Below are positions 14,461 to 28,210 of a stretch of 64,000 nucleotides of DNA, in pieces; position 1 is the first letter of the stretch, and each line of letters begins with the position of its first letter. The stretch spans positions 55,738,001 to 55,802,000 of the forward strand of contig OZ024742.1 of the NCBI GenBank assembly GCA_964016885.1. The letters are read 5' to 3'. The notes below the pieces were generated by a model. It was not told where the DNA came from. It did not search any database and worked only from the letters and a program-made list of their open reading frames with translations. Position numbers and translations under genes: made by a program. Source of the DNA: Eledone cirrhosa (taxonomy: Eukaryota).

Positions 14461-14611
14461 CATGGAACTCTTTTAACCATCTTTTGATCTTATATATTAT
14501 GTATACTCCAGTCCTACAAACAGTAGAGTGCTTCTTATCCGATATCTGCATTGCTTTATTGTACTACAATAAAACTTACCTCCTACATATGTATATGTAT
14601 ATATATATATA

Positions 14612-15283
<672 letters not shown>

Positions 15284-15338
15284 TTTGTTTCGATACTCGA
15301 TTTCATATCAAAAACCTCGCAAAACTAATTCATCGCCG

Positions 15339-15451
<113 letters not shown>

Positions 15452-15707
15452 TATATACATATACATATATATACAGGTATATATATATATAAATATATAT
15501 ATATACATATATATATATACATATATATATACATATACATATATATATACATATATATATACATATATATATACATATACATATATATATATATATCTAC
15601 ATATATATATATATATACATATATATATACATATATATATACATATATATATACAGATACACATATATACAGGTATATATATATATATATAAATATATAT
15701 ATATATA

Positions 15708-17204
15708 TTGTTATACTTGGGGAGGGTCATATTTGTGTAATATTGCCAGAATTAATAACAGAACACACTCACTGTTTGGTTGGTTTTCGCTTCTCGCTTC
15801 TGTGTCTTTTATATCGGTAATCTAACTTACTCGATCCTCAATGTTGCCATTGACTGACCGGCGGTCAAAAATAATACAGATACAATATAGACACAAACAC
15901 ATATATATAGTTTATCATAAATCTTTCGTTGCACATCTGCAACATCGTCAGTGGTGCTCTATTTTCCTCCTGTTGTATTGTATGTCTACGCCATTTTTAT
16001 TCAGTCTGTCTATATATTTATTTATTTATTTGCTTGTTTGTTTATTTTAATTTGTCTTCTTTGCGCATGCGTTTGCGTGTGTGTATAGTGTTTTGTTTGC
16101 TGTGTTATGGGTGACTAGTGTGTGTTTATGTGCTTGTTGTTATTGTGCTTGTGTATGTATTTATTTATTTATTTATTTATTTATTTTATTTTATTTACTT
16201 ATTTATACTTCTTTTAGGTCAGTGTTGTTTGTTTGGGTGTTGTTGTTATTCCATTCATTCTTTCTGTTTAGCCTTGATCTTCTAATTTCTATTTCACTGG
16301 CCTCTCTGTTTTGCCTATCTGCTGGGTCATTTCTATGTTTAGATATTATTCTAATTTCTATGTTGTCTATGTTACCGTCATGTTGTTGTCTAGCATGTTC
16401 GTATAGTACTGACCCGTTTTTTCGTCCTTTTAGTTCCCCCCAGTGTTGGTCTATCCTTTCCCTTATGGTACGAGCTGTCTCACCTATGTATGTTGTTGTC
16501 ATGTTTCTGCAAGTACCCTCTGTACATCTTATGCTATAGACTACGTTTCTAGTTTTACAGTTTATCCGGGGGTTCACCTTACATATGATACACTTCCTAT
16601 TGGTACAGTGGGTTTTCTTAAAAGGGTAGGTTTTGCTGATCAGGGATTTTATGGTGGTTCCTGGCTTTTCTACCACCTTTATTTTTAAGTGGGTCTTTCT
16701 CAGGGCCTTTCTACACTGGTTAGCTAATTTCCCTCCAGCGGTAGCGTCCACAAACATGACACTCTGGTATCTCTGTTTGTCGTACCATGAGGTGGCTTTC
16801 CCTATCTTATGTCTAGCCCTATCTAAGCTATTCCATGATTTGCTCCTGTATAATGGGCAAATTCCTTTCATGTCCAGTTCTATGAGGGTCTTATACTTCT
16901 CCATGGCTCCTTCGTATACTCTGATTCTGTCTCTTTGGTTGTAGCCAGAGAACTCCATGCGGTTGATGAAGTGTTGGATGTGTCTTTCCATTTCTGTTGG
17001 GTCGCACATGCGGGACACATTCTTCATCACTCGTACCAAATCTGCGATCAGAATATTAAACTTAGCACTACTGGACATTGCTGAGTTTTTGAGTATTAGG
17101 TATTTGGAGGCCATGGGTTTAGCATAGTGTGAGTGGAGAATTTGGGCTCTCTCGTCTGTAGTGTTAATCCAGAGTTCTGTGTCTAATACAGGTAGTCTAT
17201 TGTT
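15708..17204 (-). mobile_element. Penelope-like element family B, 5'-truncated
   Basis: ORF plus 3' pLTR with HHR, flanked by TA repeats. Confidence 0.9.
16203..17200 (-). CDS. PLE RT C-terminus/thumb + GIY-YIG endonuclease (open frame, lacks a native start)
   Basis: LPVLDTELW, HYAKPMAS, C.NRKCIIC..C, NVVYSIRC..C....YIGETARTIRERIDQH, LYEH...H, RQNREA..I....LNRKNEW. Confidence 0.85.
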
Positions 17205-17348
17205 ATATATATATACATATATATGTAGGAGGTGAGTTTTATTGTAGTACAATAAAGCAATGCAGATATCGGATAAGAAGCACTCTACAGTTTGTGGGAC
17301 TGGAGTATGCATAATATAAGATCAAAAGATGGTTAAAGGAGTTCCATA

Positions 17349-17419
17349 TATTTTATTATGCGCATTTCAAAAACAAACATCATCAAACAATAATATTTGT
17401 GTTTTCATCAGATAAAACA
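17349..17419 (-). ncRNA. Hammerhead ribozyme motif, intact core
   Basis: TGTTTTAT-CTGATGA-stem II-GAAA-TGCGCA-TA-ATAAAATA on the minus strand. Confidence 0.85.
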
Positions 17420-20400
17420 GGAGAACATGATATGAAGGCTAAAAAACACTTGTTGATAGTGCAGTTTTAAATCAACATATGAAAAGTGGTTTTAGATTGA
17501 TGTGTGATATTGGGAAAAATATTTTATTTAGAGAGGGGGGGGGAAAGGATGAAAAGGGAAGGAGATGAGAGGGAGAGATGGGTGATAGAGAGAAAGAGAT
17601 AGTTTTTATAACTGAGAGGAGATATATTTTATATAGAGGGGTTGAAAACCGTTGGAAGATACTGTATAAATTAAAAATTTTGAAAATTAACGAAGGGAGG
17701 ATATGTGCGAGGAAAAAATATTTTATTTAGGGAGGGGGGGTGGAAAGGATGAAAAAAAGGGGGAGGAGATGAGAGTGAAGGTGGAAAGGGAGAGATGGGT
17801 GATAGAGAGAAAGAGATAGTTTTTATAACTGAGAAAAAGATATAATGTTTTAATATAGAGAGGTTTGGGAACCGTTGGAAGATAATGTATAAATTAAAGG
17901 AATTTGAAAATTAACGAAGGGAAATTATGTATGAAGATAGAGAGAAAAAAATAATAATTGTGGGTGAATATTCTAACGTCAAAAGAAGAAATGTATGTAT
18001 TGTGGCAATTTCAAAATTAGCAAAGAGAAAAATGTTAAGGTTTATGTGTAGAAGGATTTGAGAAAAATAATGTGAAGTTAAAGTTTGTATATTGAATTCA
18101 TATGTATTAATAATGAGTTCGTTGATGGGGAGAAAAAAAATAATAATAATAAATTAAGGATGAAATTGAGATTAAAAAGATTTATGATAGAGAGAAAAAA
18201 TAATAATGATTGCGGATGAATACTCAAAATGTCAAAAACAAATGTTATTGTTTTACGAGAAGATAGAATGAGGGTAATGAGTAAACGAGTATTATAGAGT
18301 GTATAATGCCCTTTAAAGTAAGGTAGATGGGTATATTTTAAAGAATATATGAGTATATATTAAAAAAAAAAATATATAATAATAAATTAAGGATGAAATT
18401 GAGATTAAAAAGATTTATGATAGAGAGAAAAAATAATAATGATTGCGGATGAATATTCAAAATGTCAAAAACAAATGTTATTGTTTTACGAGAAGATAGA
18501 ATGAGGGTAATGAGTAAACGAGTATTATAGAGTGTATAATGCCCTTTAAAGTAAGGTAGATGGGTATATTTTAAAGAGGTGTATGTATATGTGCCTTTGA
18601 GAAAAGATTCTAAATTGATAAAGAATTGAATATTAACTGTATACTTTGTGAAAAGTTCTACGGAATTTATGCAGGCAGATAGAAAATAAATCTGAGCGTC
18701 TATTTATTATGGATTCTAGGTTAGAGATAATGGTAAATTTTTCATTTAGGCAGAGATTACAGATTTTAGATAGAGAGCTGTTCAAGTATGAGGATGCAGA
18801 AGAAATCTTTTTCCAAAAGATGTTATATTTAATGTTTTTGTCTTTTAAGGACCATATGAGTTCTGAGAGAGCAGTGTTAGTTCTTTTAAGTTTGTATTTG
18901 AAAGATGAATGATGATTATAGAGACGAGCTTTAAAAGAGGTGGAAGTGGAGCCAAAATAGGTGAAGGAATTGGTGCTAGTTATAATTTTACATTCATAAA
19001 TTAAGTTTTTATCGAGGCAATGGTTGTTGAGAGGACATTTATTTTTAATGCGGCAGTTGCAATTAGAGAGATTATTAATGAGTGATCTAGTGTTATCTAT
19101 AGAAGGAATTGGATTGGAGAAGTTGTTTGCGATAGGAATAATAGGAATAATAGTTTCTTGATTTAGAGTTGGATTATGAACATTTAGCGTGTTGTGTTTG
19201 ACGTTGCATTTGGGTTTACAGAAGTTAGCCTAGGGTTTACAATGACGTCAGGAGTACTATTACTGTTATTATGAAATTCAATATTGGAAGGAAGAGATTT
19301 AGTATTTAATATTTTGTTGTTGTGTTTAGAGATGATGTTGGAAATATTGGAGGATGTAGAATACGAAAATTTGATGGTGTGTTTGTTAAATATTTTACTA
19401 TAGATATGTGAGGGAGGGAAGCATTTATTTAAGGCACTAAAAAATAATTTAGGAATATTGTTATTAATAGAGATCCATCTCTATTAATAACAATATTCCT
19501 AATTACCCTCATTCTATCTTCTCGTAAAACAATAACATTTGTTTTTGACATTTTGAATATTCATCCGCAATCATTATTATTTTTTCTCTCTATCATAAAT
19601 CTTTTTAATCTCAATTTCATCCTTAATTTATTATTATATATTTTTTTTTTAATATATACTCATATATTCTTTAAAATATACCCATCTACCTTACTTTAAA
19701 GGGCATTATACACTCTATAATACTCGTTTACTCATTACCCTCATTCTATCTTCTCGTAAAACAATAACATTTGTTTTTGACATTTTGAGTATTCATCCGC
19801 AATCATTATTATTTTTTCTCTCTATCATAAATCTTTTTAATCTCAATTTCATCCTTAATTTATTATTATTATTTTTTTTCTCCCCATCAACGAACTCATT
19901 ATTAATACATATGAATTCAATATACAAACTTTAACTTCACATTATTTTTCTCAAATCCTTCTACACATAAACCTTAACATTTTTCTCTTTGCTAATTTTG
20001 AAATTGCCACAATACATACATTTCTTCTTTTGACGTTAGAATATTCACCCACAATTATTATTTTTTTCTCTCTATCTTCATACATAATTTCCCTTCGTTA
20101 ATTTTCAAATTCCTTTCATTTATACATTATCTTCCAACGGTTCCCAACCTCTCTATATTAAAACATTATATCTTTTTCTCAGTTATAAAAACTATCTCTT
20201 TCTCTCTATCACCCATCTCTCCCTTTCCACCTTCACTCTCATCTCCTCCCCCTTTTTTCATCCTTTCCACCCCCCCTCCCTAAATAAAATATTTTTTCCT
20301 CGCACATATCCTCCCTTCGTTAATTTTCAAAATTTTTAATTTATACAGTATCTTCCAACGGTTTTCAACCCCTCTATATAAAATATATCTCCTCTCAGTT

Positions 20401-20591
20401 ATAAAAACTATCTCTTTCTCTCTATCACCCATCTCTCCCTCTCATCTCCTTCCCTTTTCATCCTTTTCCCCCCCCCTCTCTAAATAAAATATTTTTCCCA
20501 ATATCACACATCAATCTAAAACCACTTTTCATATGTTGATTTAAAACTGCACTATCAACAAGTGTTTTTTAGCCTTCATATCATGTTCTCC

Positions 20592-20662
20592 TGTTTTATC
20601 TGATGAAAACACAAATATTATTGTTTGATGATGTTTGTTTTTGAAATGCGCATAATAAAATA
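20592..20662 (+). ncRNA. Hammerhead ribozyme motif, intact core
   Basis: Mirror copy of 17349-17419. Confidence 0.85.
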
Positions 20663-20703
20663 TATGGAACTCCTTTAACCATCTTTTGATCTTATATTAT
20701 ACA

Positions 20704-20737
<34 letters not shown>

Positions 20738-20764
20738 CATATACATATATATATACATATATAT

Positions 20765-20826
<62 letters not shown>

Positions 20827-20868
20827 TTACATACATATATTTATATGTATATATATATATATATATAT

Positions 20869-20922
<54 letters not shown>

Positions 20923-20983
20923 CATACATATATCTATATGTATATATGTATATATATATATATATATATATCTATATATATAT

Positions 20984-21020
<37 letters not shown>

Positions 21021-21075
21021 TTACATACATATATCTATATATATATATATATACATACATATATCTATATATATA

Positions 21076-21172
<97 letters not shown>

Positions 21173-21370
21173 TAGAGAGAGAGAGGGTGAGTGAGAGAGA
21201 GAGAAAATCAGGATTTAGCTTCATGTGATCTGTATACAGATATGTAGAGAAATTTCCTATTTCGAAAGAAACATGGTATGTTAGCAGGTAAACATTGAGA
21301 AAGCCGTAGCTGTGCAAAAAATACCGGGGCTGACGCTCTGTGGTAGTGTCCAGCAGAAGTAAGGAAAACC

Positions 21371-21414
21371 ATCGTCGATGCATTTGGGACTTAACTGGTC
21401 CTCATCAGGACGAT
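21371..21414 (-). ncRNA. Decayed compact hammerhead motif (family F)
   Basis: ATCGTC-CTGATGA-GGAC-CAGTTAA-GTCC-CAAA-TGCA-TC-GACGAT; all helices pair, and G12 is replaced by C. Confidence 0.65.
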
Positions 21415-22110
21415 CCCTCTCATATTTGCCATTTGTGGACTTGAAAACAGTCGGGAATATATATTATACTCATCTGGTTAAATACGAAATCTCTATACAA
21501 ATCTGTATAAGTAATAAGAAATAATTCAACAAAGTGATTAGAATCTGAGAGTTTTTTACAAAATGAAAAATAACCGAGGTGTCCTACATTAGTGAAAGTA
21601 TAAGGTGAAAAGATGAAATCTAAAATGCAACTGAAGTCTTATTTTATAATATATATATATATTTACTTGGTTCCTTTACCGGTTTCGCAGTTCTTATGCT
21701 TTTCAAAAGTAGAGTTGAGATGGAGTGTCTGTGGTTTTTCTCACATCAGATGTGAGAATAACCAAAGAGCCTCCATCTCAACTCTACTATATATATATAT
21801 ATACATATATATATATACATTTATATATATATATATATATATATATACATACATACATATATATATATACATATATATATACATACATACATATATATAT
21901 ATACATACATACATATATATACATACATACATATATATATATACATACATATATATATACATACATACATATATATATATACATACATATATATATACAT
22001 ACATACATATATATATACATACATACATATATATATATACATACATATATATATACATACATACATATATATATATACATACATATATATATATACATAC
22101 ATATATATAT

Positions 22111-22169
<59 letters not shown>

Positions 22170-22202
22170 CATATATACATATATATATATATACATATAT
22201 AC

Positions 22203-22265
<63 letters not shown>

Positions 22266-22286
22266 TACATATATACATATATATAT

Positions 22287-22423
<137 letters not shown>

Positions 22424-22463
22424 CATACATATATATATACATACATACATATATATATATATA

Positions 22464-22579
22464 TAGGAACGAGTAGGACCCCGACGCTGAGCTGAAGCCG
22501 TTTCGTCGGCTACTTCTGGACTCCAGAATTAGCCGTCGAAACGGCTTGAGCTCAGCCGACGGGGTCCTACTCGTTCCTA
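22464..22579. repeat. 116-bp GC-rich palindrome (MITE-like)
   Basis: TAGGAACGAGTAGGACCCCG...CGGGGTCCTACTCGTTCCTA, with about 5 arm differences. Confidence 0.9.
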
Positions 22580-22656
22580 TTACCCACTCTACTACCCTAA
22601 GTATTGAGTACTTTGGTGCGTTATGGTCCACCTGGTTCCTTACCACATTTCCTCCG

Positions 22657-22769
<113 letters not shown>

Positions 22770-22786
22770 CATATATATATACATAC

Positions 22787-22927
<141 letters not shown>

Positions 22928-22977
22928 CATATATATATACATACATACATACATACATTTATATATATACATACATA

Positions 22978-24172
22978 GATGGCGGCTGCCAACTCGTTTT
23001 CGAGTACGGCCACTACTTTATATCCATGTAGGAGAACCCCTACCGATGCGATGCGCCTAACGAGTGTGACTTTTTAGTCCAGCCAGCGACTTGAAAATGT
23101 TGGTACAAACACTACACTTGTGACAATTACTGACACATAGTCCTGGGCCCATTGTACCATGTGATGACAAGTGCAGAGAGATCTCCAGATATAAAGCAAT
23201 GCCTGTACCGTGAAGCTTTTATAGTGAGCAAAGGCACTGCACAAAGCCAGTCCCACTCTCTTAACCAAGATGATATTTACCAAATGGAAGAACAAGTCAA
23301 CATCATTGGATACCATCAGGGTTTGCAGGGGTTATATCAGAGTTTTCCTTCTCCTAGAATTCTGCCTTGACAAAGGCTAAGAGGTCATCTCTCCCGGTGA
23401 TTTTGGATGGCCATTGACTCTTAAGAGCTCCTTTGCCCTTTGACAGGTTTTGTTTTTAGTCCTGCAGGATGTCCAAACTCACCCTCCTCACCAAGAAACC
23501 TTGGTGGGGTTGCACATACATACATACCTACATACACACATACATACCTACATATATACATGGTGGTGGCTGCCAACTCGTTTTCGAGTACGGCCACTAC
23601 TTTATATCCATGTAGGAGAACCCCTACTGATGCGCTAAACAAGTGTGACTTTTCAGTCCAGCCAGCGACTTGAAAACTCGGGTACAAACACTACACTTGT
23701 GACAATTATTGACACATAGTGCTGGGCCCATGGTACCATGTCACGACAAGTGCAGAGAGATCTCCAGATATAAAGCAATGCCTGTGCCGTGAAGCTTTTA
23801 TAGTGAGCAAAGGCACTGCACAAAGCCAGTCCCACTCTCTTAACCAATATGATATTTACCAAAAAGAAGAACAAGTCAACATCATTGGATACCATCAGAG
23901 TTGCAGGTGTTATATCAGAGTTTTTCTTCTCCTAGAATTCTGCCTTGACAAAGGCTAAGGGGTCATCTCTCCCGGTGATTTTGGATGGCCATTGACTCTT
24001 AAGAGCTCCTTTGCCCTTTGACAGGTTTTGTTTTTAGTCCTGCAGGATGTCAAAAGTCACCCTCCTCACCAAGAAACCTTGGTGAGGTTGCCAGTTTAGT
24101 CGCCAACGACCCGACCATGAGACAGGTTGTACTGGGATACATGTTACCAGTAGCACCAACTGGTGACCTGAC
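22978..24172 (-). mobile_element. Tandem pair (~585 bp period) of non-autonomous bipartite RTE-derived elements
   Basis: Units 22978-23512 and 23560-24172 are separated and flanked by (CATA)n-type repeats. The 3' part encodes HKCSVCTNIFKSLAGLKSHTR; the 5' part is homologous to 32555-32720. Confidence 0.75.
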
Positions 24173-24413
24173 ATACATATATACATACATACCTACATAC
24201 CTACATACACACATACCTACCTACATATATACATACATACCTACATACCTACATACACACATACATACCTACATACACACCGACATATATACGTACCTAC
24301 CTACACACATACATACATACACAGACAAAAAGGTGCAAACTGTTTAAATTCCAGTTCACCCACACCACCTCAACCCACCCCCATCACCCCCATTCCAAAC
24401 CTCCAATAACATT

Positions 24414-24914
<501 letters not shown>

Positions 24915-25058
24915 CATATATATATAACTGCTCTGTAGAACAAATGATGTTATTACATTGAGCTATTTATGTTACTGGTAATAAGGTAGTAATTAATTAC
25001 TGACCTTCATTGTTTGGGGTTGAAAATATATATAACTATAAAAAGTTTTAGTATATAC

Positions 25059-25178
<120 letters not shown>

Positions 25179-25829
25179 AGAGAGAATGGAATGAAACGAA
25201 ATTGCATCTCTCACTCTTAGTACGGCTGATACTTAAATGTAAGTATGTATACGTACACACATATATGTATACAGACATCGTACGGTAGTATGTATATATA
25301 TATACATACATGCACACATATATTTATGTACGTATGGGTTTACCGAACATTTATTATAATGTTCGGTTTGTTTGTAAACAAACACCCGTAATTACGCCGT
25401 ACAGTGTTCGGAAACCATATTCGCCTTTTTGTTCAACACTGACACTGTACGGCGTAATTCGGGTTGTTTGTATACCATTTCATTTATACCTAGTATATCT
25501 ATATATAGTTTGTACAAATATCTTTATCTAGTGTAATAACATAATCGTAGTTACATTTATATAAATAATTTAAACACTCAAATGACATTATTATAAGTGT
25601 TTGGTTTTCCCTGGAAGGTCGAACTTATATAATCATTTACTTAATACAATATATGAACAAATAATGAACAATAGTCTTGATATATTATGATCAATACACA
25701 CATACATATATATAGCTGAAAATTCTGACTCTTTAAGTTTAATTATAAGATCTGTTAATACTTTAGGCATTCAAACTATTTAACAATAAATTCTTTAATA
25801 GTTATAATTATAAATATCTCATAAATTAT

Positions 25830-26677
25830 ATTATAGAAACTGTTGTCAATATTATAAGTAATTTTGGTAAAGATTACCTTTGTGGGGATATAAAACATTA
25901 TATGTATATTTTCCTTCTTTCGCGGGTTTCGTAAATCCTTTAAATTTGTCTTCATAAAATTTGAATTTTAGAAATTTAACATAATTATATTATAATATTA
26001 ATACAAATACCCATTAACTTTTAAAACCTAAAATTTGATTCTTTACCCTGAAATAACATAAATTAAATATTTTGAAAATTTATGTGAATACATAACGTTA
26101 TATGAATATATGTATGAAGAAACTTGAGCATAAATTACTCCCTTTGTCACTCTCTCTCTTTACTCAGCTTTCATCTGTCTTCTCAAGCTAAATACTAAAT
26201 AAGTTATAACATCAGCTACTTCTTCCTCTATGCTTTCTTTTCCCGCATATTTTTCTAGTAGTTTTTTTTTAAATATTATAAATTCTATAACTGTTATATT
26301 GATGCCATGTATTTCTTAAAATATATTACTCACACTCTCTCTCTATTGATTGTATTACGTTTTCTCATGTTCTCAAAATTAGGGTATAAATATTGAGTTT
26401 TCTCATAAGTTAATCACTACCTTGATTAAATCTTAACCATCTACCATGTAAGGGTATGTCACGTAACATTTTATTTTATCTGATGAGGACGTACTGTTTA
26501 ACTTAATTCTGTACCTCTGAAATATGTATAATAAAATATAATTGATCACAAGAATATCTATTTTGTTAATATTTGGAATTAATATTAAAAACTCTGGAAA
26601 ATATTTTAATTGTAGAGTGCTTCCAGTCTATTGTAAAAGACATTATTTGATGTATTCATTGAATCTTGTTTAATTCT

Positions 26678-26680
<3 letters not shown>
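25830..26680 (+). mobile_element. AT-rich PLE-type pLTR repeat, family C (second copy at 52255-53178)
   Basis: Colinear with 52355-53178 and contains an HHR near the 3' end; followed by (TA)n. Confidence 0.75.
26472..26538 (+). ncRNA. Hammerhead ribozyme motif (family C), intact core
   Basis: TATTTTAT-CTGATGA-GGACGTAC..GTACCTCT-GAAA-TATGTA-TA-ATAAAATA. The copy at 52970-53036 has CCGATGA. Confidence 0.8.
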
Positions 26681-26724
<44 letters not shown>

Positions 26725-26737
26725 TTTTTTTTTTTAG

Positions 26738-26827
26738 GCCATGGAGCGCTTGCCAGCATGACTCGAAATTTGCGTTACGTTTCGCTTTTTCTACCCGCCG
26801 AAATGCGATTCTTACTGAATTTATATT

Positions 26828-26830
<3 letters not shown>
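26738..26830. repeat. ~95-bp dispersed repeat, also at 28708-28803 (start of a longer ~490-bp copy) and 29300-29395
   Basis: CCATG..GCTTGC.AGCATGACT.G.AATTTGC.TTACGTTTCGCTTTTT.TACC..CCGAAATGC occurs three times. Confidence 0.85.
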
Positions 26831-26918
<88 letters not shown>

Positions 26919-27164
26919 CTTATATTTTAACATGCTTCCTTCTATATGGATTTAGTTCCATATACAAGGAAGCATATTGAAATATAAGACATCGTAATAC
27001 GTACACATCAGAGGACCCTCTGAAATTTTATATAGATGTATACATTTTCATGTTTTTGAAGATTCAATCGAATCGAAAATTAATGTATATGAGAAGAATA
27101 TCCTTTCTTTTATTTTATTATTTATTCGATTTCCTTTGGGAATGATCATAGAACATTATCATTT

Positions 27165-27584
27165 GCGGTGGATTGGCAGTATCGGTAGAGAGTCGGACGC
27201 CATGCTTTGACGCATAGAGTTACGGCCCTTGCCATTCTGAGTTCAAATCCCGCCGAGGTTGACTTTGCCTTTCATCCTTACGGGATCGATAAAATAAAGT
27301 ACCAGTAGTGCACTGGGAAATTGCTGGCCTTGTGCCAAAAGTAGAAACAATTATCATTTATATATATACTCCAGTACTGGAATATATATATAAATGATAA
27401 TTGTTTCTACTTTTGGCACTAGGCCAGCAATTCTCCAGTGCATTACTGGTACTTTATTTTATCGACCCCGTAAGGAGGAAAGGCAAAGTCAACCTCGGCG
27501 GGATTAGAACTCAGATCGTAAAGGGACGTAACTATGCTGGAAAGCATGGCGTCCGACCCTCTACCGATACTTACAATCCACCGC
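27165..27584. mobile_element. Two tRNA-derived SINEs, tail-to-tail inverted
   Basis: B-box GAGTTCAAATCCC; body GACTTTGCCTTTCATCCTT..GATAAAATAAAGTACCAGT; tail GGCCTTGTGCCAAAAGTAGAAACAA; mirrored across TCCAGTACTGGA. Confidence 0.9.
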
Positions 27585-27750
27585 TGGGAACATGGATTAC
27601 AAAAGAGTATATTTTGGTTTGATAATGTTCATGGGAACATGAATTCTAAAAGAGTACATTCTGGTTTGGTAATGTTCATGGGAACATGGATTCTAAAAGA
27701 TTACATTTTGGTTTGGTAATGTTCTTGGCAACATGGATTACAAAAGATTA
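27585..27750. repeat. 47-bp minisatellite, ~3.5 units
   Basis: The unit TGGGAACATGGATTACAAAAGAGTATATTTTGGTTTGATAATGTTCA starts at 27585, 27632, 27679 and 27726. Confidence 0.92.
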
Positions 27751-27860
27751 TATATAAATGATAATGTTCTATAGTCATCCCTATCTATAAATTTTACTTC
27801 AGTTGCTGAAACGTGTATAAAACTAATTAAATCTCATACATTCTACTTAAACCTTTATTG

Positions 27861-27926
<66 letters not shown>

Positions 27927-27927
27927 T

Positions 27928-28002
<75 letters not shown>

Positions 28003-28169
28003 CTGTGTCTGTGTGTGTGTATACAAGACTAGAACTTTTATTCGTTTTATGAATGAAACATGTTTAGTCCTGTGGAAATCATGTGTAATGAAATAAATAT
28101 GCCTATACTCTACTAGCTTATTGAGTACTTTTTAACTTTGGTCATCTTCCGATATACATCGGGAATCCA

Positions 28170-28210
<41 letters not shown>

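Larger units (their letters stand above)
10490..14588 (-). mobile_element. Penelope-like element family A with ~1.1-1.2 kb terminal inverted pseudo-LTRs
   Basis: 10490-11682 is a near-identical reverse complement of 13419-14500. The interior encodes RT and GIY-YIG. (TA)n lies on both sides. Confidence 0.95.
17225..20700 (-). mobile_element. Penelope-like element family A, fold-back copy (GIY-YIG fragment ~18630-19470; right arm 19503-20700 is the inverse of ~17312-18512)
   Basis: Near-identical inverted arms that share internal tandem duplications; fold-back junction at ~19447-19502. Confidence 0.93.

Noticed and set aside
27165-27255. tRNA gene
   Set aside because: It is a SINE head with A/B boxes but no complete cloverleaf.
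27585-27750. CRISPR-like array
   Set aside because: The units are contiguous 47-bp repeats with no unique spacers, in a eukaryotic context with no cas genes.
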